A stretch of 40,000 nucleotides of DNA from Caudoviricetes sp. 'Rudgehvirus jaberico', in sequence record OQ198719.1. One strand, given 5' to 3'. The notes under the pieces are model-generated. The model was not told the DNA's origin, did no database searches, and worked only from the letters and a program-made list of their open reading frames with translations. Both the position numbers and the translations under genes were made by a program. Numbering within the stretch: position 1 is the first letter of the stretch; the number at the start of each line of letters is the position of its first letter. Positions 1-9,109 of the stretch are shown here, piece by piece.

Positions 1-2316
1 ATGGCAAGTGTTTTAGATTATCCTTTTTATAAATATTATTATGAAGATAAATCTCATTATCCTCATGCTAAGGATATGGGATATAATGATCCTACTGATT
101 CATTTTTAATAGGTGAGTCAGGAGGATTTCTTCTTAATATTAATCCAGATATTAAGTTTATTAATACTGATTTACTTCGAGAAGCTGCTATTACTTATGA
201 AAAAGAAAAGAAATATACCCCTTTTGCAGAAGGTAGTATGCCTTATGAACAATTTCGTAAGCAAGAAACTATTCGTAGAATGGTTGGATTTAAAGCTCCT
301 TGTAGAATAGATACTAAAACAGGTGAAGTTTTAGATACTTATATAACAGGTGAACATTATAATTTTCTTAACTATGGCAGAATACTTCGTCTTGATACAT
401 CTACTGTAAGAGTAGAACAAGGTAAAGTAGTAGGTAAGAAGATATTAGGTTTTCCTCGTTTCTTAGATGCACAGTATTGGTACTTCTTAATAAAACAGTT
501 TTGTCGTGATAATGGTTATTTTCTTATTAATGATAAAACTCGTCGTGGTGGATTTAGTTATATGGAAGCTATTGACTCTGCCAATAATCTAAATCTTAAT
601 CCCGGACGTAATATTATTCATGCTGCTGTTGATAATAAATTTCTTATTCAGTCAGGAGGTCTTTCTGACTTTATGAAGAAACAAATGATATTTTATGAAT
701 CTGAAACTCCGTTTAAAAGAGGTATTGCTAAGATTGATGCTGCTGATTTTATCCTTGGTTATCGCGATGCTGCTACAAATGTTGTAGATGTTAATAGTTG
801 GAATAGTGCTTGTATTTCAGTATCTACATTTAATAATCCTTCTGCTGCTGTTGGTAAAGATGCTTCTGATATTAAGTGTGAAGAAATGTCTGAGTTTAAT
901 AACTTCGATGACTTTATGGACGTTACTGAGCCTACTCTTCGTACTGGTTCTGTAACTACTGGTTTTCTTAATGCTTGGGGTACAGCTGGTAAAGCAAGTA
1001 GTGGTTGGGTTTTATTTGAACAAAACTTTTATGATCCTCGTTCTCGTGGTTTTATGCCATTTGAAAATGTTTGGGATAAAGATAGTAGAAGTGAAGTTTG
1101 TGGATATTTTAAACCTTTCTGTTGGGGACTTGAAGGCTATCGTGTTGTTAATGGCGAAGCTGATATGCAAACTGCTGTTGATAATGACGGTAATTCAGAT
1201 ATAGCATTAGGTTATGAAATAGCTGAAAAAGAGCGTGCTGATTATAAGAAAAATAATAAATCATTTAGTAAATATATAAGTTATTGTGGACAGTATGCTA
1301 ATATGCCTGCTGAATCATTTAGTTCTGTTAGTGAGAATATATTCTCTTCTGAACTCGGAGATGCTCTTGATGCTTGGGAAACAGAACTTAGAATGAGTGA
1401 TGTTCATAAGAAAACTTATCTTGATGGTAAATTTATTAAAGTAGATGATAAAGTTTCATTTGTTACTAATGAACGTATTGCTGCAACAGGAGGTAAATTT
1501 AATATAGATTATTTTGATTATATTAAAAACGTACCTCGTCATGGAGATGAACATCCTCATGGTTGTGTACGTAAGTGGACTAATCCTATTAATGTTACTT
1601 ATTTAAATAAACAAGGGCAAGTATGTAAAGGATGTCCTCCTGGAATATATTCTATTAGTTATGACCCTGTTGGTGTTAATAAAGATAATAAAGATATAAC
1701 TCTTAAACATTCTCATAATAGTATTAAAGTATGGATGAATCCTTGTGTATATAATAATTATAAAGGACATTTAGCTTGTAGTTATTATGGACGTCCTGAG
1801 ACACTTGAAGAAGCTGATGAGATATGTTATCTTATGGCATTATATTATAATTGTCTTGGAACTACTTGTGTCGAAGTTAATCGTGGTGAAACTCTTAGTA
1901 ATTTTAAGAAATGGAAAGCTCTTAGATATTTAGATAAACATCCTGTGCATCTTTGGGATAAGAATGTAAAAGAGAAAGTTGAAGGTAGTTATGGATATAC
2001 TATTGGAGGTGGAAATAATGGTCAAGTTAAACTTGATGCTTTACGTATGACAGTTGAAATGTTAAAGACGGTTGTAGGTAAGAGAGAAGATGGTTCTGAT
2101 ATATTATATCTTCATACTATATATGACCATCCAAGTGTTCTCGAACTTAAAAAGTTTAATCCTACTGGTAACTTTGACCGTGTATCTGAACTTCTTATTA
2201 GAGGTGTTGAATGGGCTTCTCATAATAAATTTGCTGATGAAAAACTTAAACTTCGTCAGAAGATAGATTTAACTAATGATCCTAATGAATTTTGGAATAG
2301 ACCTTGGTATCAATAA
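1..2316 (+). CDS. terL: Terminase large subunit (crAss-like TerL)
   Basis: 771-aa ORF, first gene of the head cassette. It has a deviant Walker-A-like KTRRGGFSY (about aa 178-186), comparable with the lambda-type KSARVGYSK, and a nuclease-type acidic motif 'YSISYDPVGV'. The portal-like gene follows. Family called by eye. Confidence 0.85.
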   Translation: MASVLDYPFYKYYYEDKSHYPHAKDMGYNDPTDSFLIGESGGFLLNINPDIKFINTDLLREAAITYEKEKKYTPFAEGSMPYEQFRKQETIRRMVGFKAPCRIDTKTGEVLDTYITGEHYNFLNYGRILRLDTSTVRVEQGKVVGKKILGFPRFLDAQYWYFLIKQFCRDNGYFLINDKTRRGGFSYMEAIDSANNLNLNPGRNIIHAAVDNKFLIQSGGLSDFMKKQMIFYESETPFKRGIAKIDAADFILGYRDAATNVVDVNSWNSACISVSTFNNPSAAVGKDASDIKCEEMSEFNNFDDFMDVTEPTLRTGSVTTGFLNAWGTAGKASSGWVLFEQNFYDPRSRGFMPFENVWDKDSRSEVCGYFKPFCWGLEGYRVVNGEADMQTAVDNDGNSDIALGYEIAEKERADYKKNNKSFSKYISYCGQYANMPAESFSSVSENIFSSELGDALDAWETELRMSDVHKKTYLDGKFIKVDDKVSFVTNERIAATGGKFNIDYFDYIKNVPRHGDEHPHGCVRKWTNPINVTYLNKQGQVCKGCPPGIYSISYDPVGVNKDNKDITLKHSHNSIKVWMNPCVYNNYKGHLACSYYGRPETLEEADEICYLMALYYNCLGTTCVEVNRGETLSNFKKWKALRYLDKHPVHLWDKNVKEKVEGSYGYTIGGGNNGQVKLDALRMTVEMLKTVVGKREDGSDILYLHTIYDHPSVLELKKFNPTGNFDRVSELLIRGVEWASHNKFADEKLKLRQKIDLTNDPNEFWNRPWYQ

Positions 2317-2337
2317 TTAATTAATAAAGATATAGAA

Positions 2338-4749
2338 ATGGATACAGCTTTTAATTTTAGACAGAATGATTTTCCTAATCAACGTATTCCATCAAGTGAG
2401 AAAGATAAGACTTGGGCTATGCGTTGTTGTGATTTTGTTATAGCTGCTGGGCTACAATGTAATGATAGAACTAAAACTGAACAACTTCTTGAAATACTTC
2501 ATGGAGATATACCTGATGAGTTTTATTCTAAGACACTTAATCCTTATAATGCAAGTAAGAAACAATATACTTACTTTCCTGCTACTATGCGTAATCTTGA
2601 TATTATAAACGATATAGTTCGTAGATATGTATCAGAATACGTAAGTGAAGTTCATGAATTTATTGTTGGAGCTAATAATCCAGAAGTAGTTCTTGCAAGA
2701 GATAATGCTATTAAGCAAGATATTCTTAAAAGAGCTATTCTTACATATCAACAAGAATTACAAAGACGTATTCAAGAACAAGAACAACAAAATGCTGAAC
2801 TTGAAGCACAAGGACAACAAACTAATCCTATTGATCCTGCACAACTTATGCAAGATGCTGAAAAGTTTGAAAAAGAATTTGTTGATAATTATATTGATGA
2901 AATAAGTACTCAAGCTCAACACTTGCTCGATGCTTTAGATGACGTTCTTGATAATGATACTATTATTCCTCAAGCTTATTTCAATTGGGTTGTTACAGGA
3001 GAATGTTATAGTTATCATAGTGTAAAAGGAAAGACTCTTATTAAAGAAATAGTTCCTACTACTGAAATGTATCCTGTTCCTAATGGAAAACAAAAAGTAG
3101 AAGATTATGATATGGTTGCTCGTAGAACTCATATTAGTTATGCACAACTGCTTGAAATGTTTGAAGAAGAGATAGATGAAAAGGATTTAGAGTTTATTAA
3201 AACTTACTATAATCCAAGTACTATGTCTAATAATGCAAAGTATCTTACTCTTAATCAATATACTTATTATTTTCCTGAGAAGTGTAAAGAAATGGGTGAT
3301 GAAGATAGAAGATTATTTGCAAATAATCCTGTTAATATTCAATCTTTAAATGGTAATCTTATAGAACTTTGGCATGCAGTTTGGAGAGGATATGCAATGC
3401 GAGGTATTCTTACTTATATTAATGAAGCTGGTTTTATTGAAACAAGAGTAGTAGATGAAGATTATGAATTTAATACAGATAATGGAGATATTAGTATTGA
3501 ATGGAAATATGAAGAACAGATATATGAATCTTATAGAATAGGAGATAATAAGAATGGTATATACCCTATTAAGGCTCGTCCGATTGCTTTTCAACGTGAG
3601 CCAGAGTGTAAACTTCCTTATTGTGGATTGCAAGAAATTCTTCCGCAAATGGGTAGATTTAGTATTGTGGAAGTTTTAGTTCCTTTTCAAGTTCTTATTA
3701 ATATCTTTTCTTATCATAGAGAAATGATGATTGCTAAGAATAAGATGTTTATTCTTCTTATGGGTAAAAGTCTTATGGGTGGTAATCCTGAAGATACTAT
3801 TTATAGAATGGCTGCTGAAGGTATTCTTCTTTATGATGATTCAGAAGATAGTAATAGTTTAAAAGCTCAACAAATTAGAATGTTGAACGCTAATATAAAT
3901 GGTTATATTCAAGAGATTAGTCAACTTATAGAAGATATAAAAACTACTGCTCGTGATATGGTAGATATGACACCTCAACGTTATGGTGAGATTGCACAAT
4001 CTGCTGGTAAAGGAGTTACTGATGAAGCAATCATTAGAGGTTCTATGGGTAGTGTTATTATTACTTATATGTTTAATAAGTTTAGAGAATCTGATTATGC
4101 TGCTGATTTAGATAATTCTAAGTTTGCTTGGATAGAAGGTCTCGATACTTCTTATTTTGATAGTTCTAATAAACGCAGATATCTTTCTCTTGATGTTAAT
4201 TCTCATGTATTTGGTAGATATATTATTAAAGCTAAGAATAATCAAAAGATTTCTCAACAGCTTCAACAGTTACAAAACTGGGCATTTAGTGCTGCACAGA
4301 ATGGAGATTTAGATATGGCACTTGCAGCTATTACAGAAGGTAATATTACTGCAATAGAAGCTAAGATTGCTAAGTTTAGAGAACTTAAACAAAAGAATGA
4401 AGAGACTCTTAGACAGTTAGATATGGAACTTGAAGATAAGAAGAATCAAAATATTCTTGAACAAATTGCTGCTAAAGGACAACAAGATAGATTAACTGAA
4501 GAAGTTAAACAATATTATCAATTACAGGCAAAAGGTATTGATATTGCTACTACTCTTAATGATAATAATCCACTTCCTTCTCAAGTAGATATGGAGAAAA
4601 ATCAAATTGAAAGAGAGAAGATTGCAGCTTCTAAAGAACAAGCTCAATTAGGATTTATCAATTCTTCATTAGATAGAGCACAAAGAGATAGAAGCGATGC
4701 AAGTAAAGAACGTATTGCTGCAAAGAATAAAAATAGATATGATAAATAA
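2338..4749 (+). CDS. Portal protein (crAss-like)
   Basis: 803-aa ORF directly after TerL. 'QRYGEIAQSAGKGVTDEAIIRGSMGS' and the Gln-rich helical C-terminus fit crAss-like portals. Confidence 0.82.
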   Translation: MDTAFNFRQNDFPNQRIPSSEKDKTWAMRCCDFVIAAGLQCNDRTKTEQLLEILHGDIPDEFYSKTLNPYNASKKQYTYFPATMRNLDIINDIVRRYVSEYVSEVHEFIVGANNPEVVLARDNAIKQDILKRAILTYQQELQRRIQEQEQQNAELEAQGQQTNPIDPAQLMQDAEKFEKEFVDNYIDEISTQAQHLLDALDDVLDNDTIIPQAYFNWVVTGECYSYHSVKGKTLIKEIVPTTEMYPVPNGKQKVEDYDMVARRTHISYAQLLEMFEEEIDEKDLEFIKTYYNPSTMSNNAKYLTLNQYTYYFPEKCKEMGDEDRRLFANNPVNIQSLNGNLIELWHAVWRGYAMRGILTYINEAGFIETRVVDEDYEFNTDNGDISIEWKYEEQIYESYRIGDNKNGIYPIKARPIAFQREPECKLPYCGLQEILPQMGRFSIVEVLVPFQVLINIFSYHREMMIAKNKMFILLMGKSLMGGNPEDTIYRMAAEGILLYDDSEDSNSLKAQQIRMLNANINGYIQEISQLIEDIKTTARDMVDMTPQRYGEIAQSAGKGVTDEAIIRGSMGSVIITYMFNKFRESDYAADLDNSKFAWIEGLDTSYFDSSNKRRYLSLDVNSHVFGRYIIKAKNNQKISQQLQQLQNWAFSAAQNGDLDMALAAITEGNITAIEAKIAKFRELKQKNEETLRQLDMELEDKKNQNILEQIAAKGQQDRLTEEVKQYYQLQAKGIDIATTLNDNNPLPSQVDMEKNQIEREKIAASKEQAQLGFINSSLDRAQRDRSDASKERIAAKNKNRYDK

Positions 4750-4818
4750 GTAAAACTTCGGCAACCTACTGTTATTAGTATTAGTCATTTTGTATTTAAT
4801 TGAAGATTGGGTTATGCG

Positions 4819-4848
4819 AGCCTCATAGATTGTGAAATCTGTGGGGCT
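4819..4848 (+). terminator. 13-bp stem with GTGA tetraloop followed by TTATTTTTG; candidate intrinsic terminator or structured RNA helix
   Basis: AGCCTCATAGATT-GTGA-AATCTGTGGGGCT. All 13 pairs form when G-U pairs are allowed. A T-rich tract follows at 4849-4855. Confidence 0.55.
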
Positions 4849-4867
4849 TATTTTTGCTCTCAAACTT

Positions 4868-4965
4868 CAACGTAGACCTACTTCTTTTTCTCTCTGTTCG
4901 ATTTACTATATGAATCTGATTAATCCTACATCTTTGAGATAAAGTCCAACAGCGAGCCTTAAAAT
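4868..4965 (+). repeat. Copy A of a 98-nt dispersed noncoding repeat
   Basis: Ungapped alignment to 23911-24008 gives 67/98 identities by hand count, including the invariant CTGATTAATCCTA (4916-4928) and CTTAAAAT (4958-4965) at identical spacing. Confidence 0.75.
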
Positions 4966-5087
4966 AAGCTATTAACATTTATTTACATTCTACTATTTGT
5001 AGTAGACTTAAAGGTAAATACGTCTTTGTACCGATATACTATAATTCCCTAAATGGTATTGATATAACATTTATTCTTAGTATTGAT

Positions 5088-5119
5088 ATTGTAAATGTGA
5101 TAACTCCTTATTATATTTG
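5088..5119 (+). promoter_or_regulatory. Bacteroidetes-type promoter candidate
   Basis: ATTG (5088-5091), 20-nt spacer, TATATTTG (5112-5119), matching the pattern TTTG-N19-21-TAnnTTTG. It lies about 35 nt upstream of the ATG at 5155. Confidence 0.5.
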
Positions 5120-5154
5120 TCCTGTCAAATATTTAATTTAAACATATAATAATT

Positions 5155-6426
5155 ATGGCAGATATTAATGATGGACTTGATTTAGGTACTGATAGAATAG
5201 ATGATATTTCTAACGGTATTGGTGTTGTTCCCGGAGATAAGACAGATCTCGATAAACAGGATACAACTATTACTAATCCTCCTACTCTTGATAAAGTAAA
5301 TGAACCTGATGATAAAGGAACTAAGGGAGACAAAGGAGATACGAAAGTTGACGACTCCTCTACAGGGGATGTAGAACTAACAGAGGGTATGTCTGTTGTT
5401 CTTGGTGATGCAGAACTTACTATTGATAAAGACGGTAATGCAGTTGATAAAGATGGAAATGTAGTTAAGACTAAAGAAGAACTTCTTAAATTAATTGCAG
5501 AGAACGGAGTTGAGAAAGAAGATGCTAAAACTCTTATTCAATCTATTCAAGAAAAGTTTGGTATTGAAGTTAAAGATGATAAAGGTAATCCTATAGAATT
5601 TGAAAATACTCCTGAGGGTATTAATTCTTATATAGATACTGTTCTTGAAACAAGAGAACAAGAAATTGCTACTCAAGCTGTTGATACTTTATTCAATACT
5701 TATCCTGCATTGAAACAAGCATTAAATCATATTAAAGTTAACGGTAGTCTTGAAGGATTTAATGAAATTGAAGACAGAACTAATGTAGTTATTGACAAAG
5801 ATAACAAAGAGCAACAAATTGCTACTATTAAAGAACAATGGAAGTTGCAAGGAGTAAAAGGAAACGTTGATTCTTATATTGCTTATCTTGAATCTGCTGG
5901 AACTCTTTATGATACAGCTATTGAATCTAATGAAACAATTAAAGAGATTCATAAAGAAGCTATTCAAAAGCAAGAAGCTGCTGCCGCTGCTGCTGATGCT
6001 GCTGCTGCTGAACAAGAAAAACAATATTGGTCAAGTGTAGATTCTACTCTTAATAAAGGAGAACTTGCAGGATATAAAATTCCTGATACTATTCCTGTTG
6101 TTCGTGACGGAAAGAAAATGGTAATGACTAAAGCTGACTTTAAGAATTACATTTCTCGTCCTGTTGATGCAAATGGTTATACCCAGTATGAATTAGATGA
6201 AATGAAGAGAGATCAAAATTCTATTATTGAAGATGATTTACTTCGTGCTTATCTACGTTTTACAGGTGGTGATTATAGTAGTCTTGTAGGAATGGCTATA
6301 AATAAAGAAAAAGTTAATAAACTTAGAATAGCTGCTGATAAAGCCTCAAAAAGGACTCTTGTTATAAATAGTAAGAAAAATGATTCTAAAGGTAAGATAG
6401 ATAATAATGAACTAATTCTTGAATAA
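5155..6426 (+). CDS. Putative scaffold / head-assembly protein
   Basis: 423-aa acidic, low-complexity, Glu/Lys/Ala-rich ORF located between the portal and MCP genes. Function inferred from composition and position. Confidence 0.5.
   Translation: MADINDGLDLGTDRIDDISNGIGVVPGDKTDLDKQDTTITNPPTLDKVNEPDDKGTKGDKGDTKVDDSSTGDVELTEGMSVVLGDAELTIDKDGNAVDKDGNVVKTKEELLKLIAENGVEKEDAKTLIQSIQEKFGIEVKDDKGNPIEFENTPEGINSYIDTVLETREQEIATQAVDTLFNTYPALKQALNHIKVNGSLEGFNEIEDRTNVVIDKDNKEQQIATIKEQWKLQGVKGNVDSYIAYLESAGTLYDTAIESNETIKEIHKEAIQKQEAAAAAADAAAAEQEKQYWSSVDSTLNKGELAGYKIPDTIPVVRDGKKMVMTKADFKNYISRPVDANGYTQYELDEMKRDQNSIIEDDLLRAYLRFTGGDYSSLVGMAINKEKVNKLRIAADKASKRTLVINSKKNDSKGKIDNNELILE
5356..5369 (+). repeat. GGGG hairpin motif, copy 1
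   Basis: TCCTC-TACA-GGGGA. Reads TCC TCT ACA GGG GAT (SSTGD) in frame. Confidence 0.65.
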
Positions 6427-6458
6427 TTACCTTAAAGAACTAATTAAATTTATTTATT

Positions 6459-7931
6459 ATGTATAAATTAAGAGAAGTACAAAGAGGGGTATATGATACT
6501 CGTGGTTATTCTAATGAAGCCTCGTTAGCTGCCCTTATGATTCAAAAACCAGAGGAAATTAATAACTTTCTTACCTATACTTATGGTATGGATGATGATC
6601 GTTTTCCTCTTACGTTTTTAACTGAAGGTCAAGGAGCTGCTGGTGTTCGTGACATTTCTACTGTTGAATGGACATGGAAAGTTATGGGACGTCAGAAGTT
6701 TAATGATTATGTTGTTTATTTCAATACTGCTGATACTACTCCGGGTATTGGAGGTAAAACTATTGAAGTAGAATTTGCAACTGGACTTATTACTGAACAG
6801 TATGGTTTGATGGCACCTGATGGTACTCAATGTCGTGTTATGCGTGATATGGGTAAAGGTGAACATGGAGGACATAAATTTGCTCTTCGTATTAAGAATC
6901 CTGATCCTACTGCTTATGTAGATCCTTCTAACTTTGAAAAAGGAAAGTATTGGTGTATGACTGCTCCTACTATTCCCGAAAGTTATTCTAAGGGTAATAA
7001 ATCTAATGTTATGGCTCCGGGACGTATGAAATCTCAATTAGGTTTCCATCGTTATACTAAAGAAATTGGAGGTAATATTAGTAATGTTGTTGTAGAATAC
7101 GAATTTAAAAAGACTGGTGGTGGTACGAGTAAACGTTGGATTAACGAAGAAATGCGTCAATTCGATATTCAAATGCGTATTATGAATGAAATGCAGTTAT
7201 GGATTTCTAAATATAATCGTACTCCTAATGGTAGTGTTCCTATGACTGATTGGGATAATGATAATCCGATTCCTGAAACTGCTGGTATGGATGAAATTAT
7301 CTCTGAATCTAACTATGATACTTACGGAGAATATCTTAGTCTTAATAAGATTAAACGTACTATCGGTGATGTAGTAGATAAAGATACTGATACTGGTTCT
7401 ATGGAAATCATTCTTTTTGCTGGTAAGGGTGGTATTGAAGATTTTGATATGGCTATGCGCGAAGATGCTAAGTCTGAAGGTTTTATTACTCCTCTTGGTG
7501 ATAAGATGATTCAAGATGATGGAACTGGTCTTGCTTATGGTAAATACTTCCGTAAGTATAAGATGATCGATAGTCATATTGTTACTGTTCAACATCTTCC
7601 TTTCCTTGACAAATCTCCTATTGCTGAAACTGCAAAAGCTAATGGTCTTATCCATCCTCGTTCTGGTTTGCCAATGACTTCTCATTGTCTTTATATGATG
7701 GATAATTCTGTATATCAAGGAGAACGTAATGTTCGTATGGTTCGTATGAAAGGACAATCTTATCTCGTAGGTATCTTGAAAGGTCTTACTCCTATTCCTG
7801 AATCTTGGGGTACTGTTCCTGATAAAGCTATTGCCACTGATGTTGATAAATCATCTTATGAAGTTAAGATGTCTAAGGGTTTACAAGTAAACCGTGCAGA
7901 GAAGATGTTCAAACTTGAATGTGTATTGTAA
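6459..7931 (+). CDS. Major capsid protein (crAss-like)
   Basis: 490-aa ORF 'MYKLREVQRGVYDTRGYSNEASLAALMIQKPEEINNFLTYTYG...' resembles the crAss-like MCP family and sits in the expected position. Confidence 0.85.
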   Translation: MYKLREVQRGVYDTRGYSNEASLAALMIQKPEEINNFLTYTYGMDDDRFPLTFLTEGQGAAGVRDISTVEWTWKVMGRQKFNDYVVYFNTADTTPGIGGKTIEVEFATGLITEQYGLMAPDGTQCRVMRDMGKGEHGGHKFALRIKNPDPTAYVDPSNFEKGKYWCMTAPTIPESYSKGNKSNVMAPGRMKSQLGFHRYTKEIGGNISNVVVEYEFKKTGGGTSKRWINEEMRQFDIQMRIMNEMQLWISKYNRTPNGSVPMTDWDNDNPIPETAGMDEIISESNYDTYGEYLSLNKIKRTIGDVVDKDTDTGSMEIILFAGKGGIEDFDMAMREDAKSEGFITPLGDKMIQDDGTGLAYGKYFRKYKMIDSHIVTVQHLPFLDKSPIAETAKANGLIHPRSGLPMTSHCLYMMDNSVYQGERNVRMVRMKGQSYLVGILKGLTPIPESWGTVPDKAIATDVDKSSYEVKMSKGLQVNRAEKMFKLECVL

Positions 7932-7948
7932 TTAAATAAAATAGAATT

Positions 7949-9094
7949 ATGGACGGTTTAAATAAAAATCCTAATAATGGAGTTAATCCTTTAAAGCCTA
8001 CTGCTCAAGCTCCTTCTACTACAACTACAACTGCTGCTGCTAAAAGTAGTTTTCAAGCAGAATTAGAAAAGAAAGAAGGGTTAAAAGATAGATATGAAGA
8101 AAAGAGAATTATTACTATTGCTCTTATATCTGATTTAGCTATAAAATCTGTTTATCGTCAAGTAAATGCTGTTTCTATTCCTGATCGTAATGATACTATT
8201 GGAAGTAGTGTTTTATCTGGAAGACGTTTAATGAGTAGTGTAAATGAGATTAATAAATATATGCCAGCTATTCTTGGTATTTCACCATCTCATCCAGATT
8301 TCATTACTCGTGTTAGCAAATGGTTTGGTAACATATCTCTTAAAATTCCAACTGGAGGTTATGAACTTAATTGTAACTTTGATTGGGATACTAAAGAAGA
8401 ATATCTTAAATATAAAATAGAAGAAGAAAAGATTGAAGCTATTTATGATGAAGCTGATAAGACGACTCCAAAACTTCTTAAAGAAGCTATTCGTAAACGT
8501 GTAGATAGTCTTACTTCTCTTGAAGCTACAAGAGCTTTACATGGTATGCCTCAAAATGTAGAACACTATTTTACTTATAGACATTGTCTTCTTTATCCTC
8601 ATGTTGCTAAAGATACTGCTGTAATTCACTTCGATCAAAGTGTTCGTTTCTATATTAAAGATGAACAAAAAGATCTGTATCGTGTTAAGAAACGTCAGCA
8701 AGCTGCTAACATTGCTAAGCGTAATTATCTTGATATTCTTGACGATTCTAAGAAGTTCCGTGATGTATTTGTATGTTATTGTGCTTCAACTGGTAATAAT
8801 ATACTTGTATCTCTTGGACTTGAAGATGAAGTTAAACAGAACATGCTTGATACATATTCAATGCAAGAACCTGAGAAATTTAATAAATTATTTAATAATC
8901 GTAATATTAGTCTTCAAGCACTTATTGAAGAAGCCGTTGCTAAGGGAGAACTTTTACGTTCTGATATAAATCAAAATATAATAACTCCCGAAGGTAATTT
9001 CATTGGTGGAAATATGAAAGAAGCTATTAGCTATTTACTCAATCCGCAGAATGAAGATTTCAAGAAGCTCTTAGAGACTAAGATAAAACTCTAA
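7949..9094 (+). CDS. Structural protein downstream of MCP (head/neck-associated, crAss-like)
   Basis: 381-aa ORF. Function inferred only from synteny. Confidence 0.45.
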   Translation: MDGLNKNPNNGVNPLKPTAQAPSTTTTTAAAKSSFQAELEKKEGLKDRYEEKRIITIALISDLAIKSVYRQVNAVSIPDRNDTIGSSVLSGRRLMSSVNEINKYMPAILGISPSHPDFITRVSKWFGNISLKIPTGGYELNCNFDWDTKEEYLKYKIEEEKIEAIYDEADKTTPKLLKEAIRKRVDSLTSLEATRALHGMPQNVEHYFTYRHCLLYPHVAKDTAVIHFDQSVRFYIKDEQKDLYRVKKRQQAANIAKRNYLDILDDSKKFRDVFVCYCASTGNNILVSLGLEDEVKQNMLDTYSMQEPEKFNKLFNNRNISLQALIEEAVAKGELLRSDINQNIITPEGNFIGGNMKEAISYLLNPQNEDFKKLLETKIKL

Positions 9095-9109
9095 ATAACT
9101 ATTATTGTT

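Larger units (their letters stand above)
4750..5154 (+). promoter_or_regulatory. 405-nt structured intergenic region (unit A) between portal and scaffold-like gene
   Basis: No ORF. Contains a 13-bp hairpin, a 98-nt block homologous to the 23742-24132 region, a CTACTA/TAGTAG hairpin (4990-5005) and TATATTTG at 5112-5119. Confidence 0.7.

Noticed and set aside
233-255. ATACCCCTTTTGCAGAAGG as a motif copy
   Set aside because: Only the CCCC-T core resembles the reverse motif. The TAC loop and stem are absent.
4750-5154. Group I or group II intron, or GOLLD/ROOL-type large RNA
   Set aside because: No recognisable intron core or domain V sequence, no interrupted gene, and the region is shorter than GOLLD/ROOL. 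Cannot be excluded without Infernal/Rfam.
7197-7757. Long minus-strand ORFs (for example 7197-7757 186 aa, 6618-7037 139 aa, 20538-20969 143 aa)
   Set aside because: All are antisense to strongly supported genes, with Ile/Ser/Thr/Phe-rich low-complexity translations typical of the complement of AT-rich coding DNA.
8640-8969. Plus-strand out-of-frame ORFs (8640-8969, 31860-32132, 14791-14997, 971-1204)
   Set aside because: Nested in other frames of well-supported genes, with Leu/Ile-rich junk-like translations.
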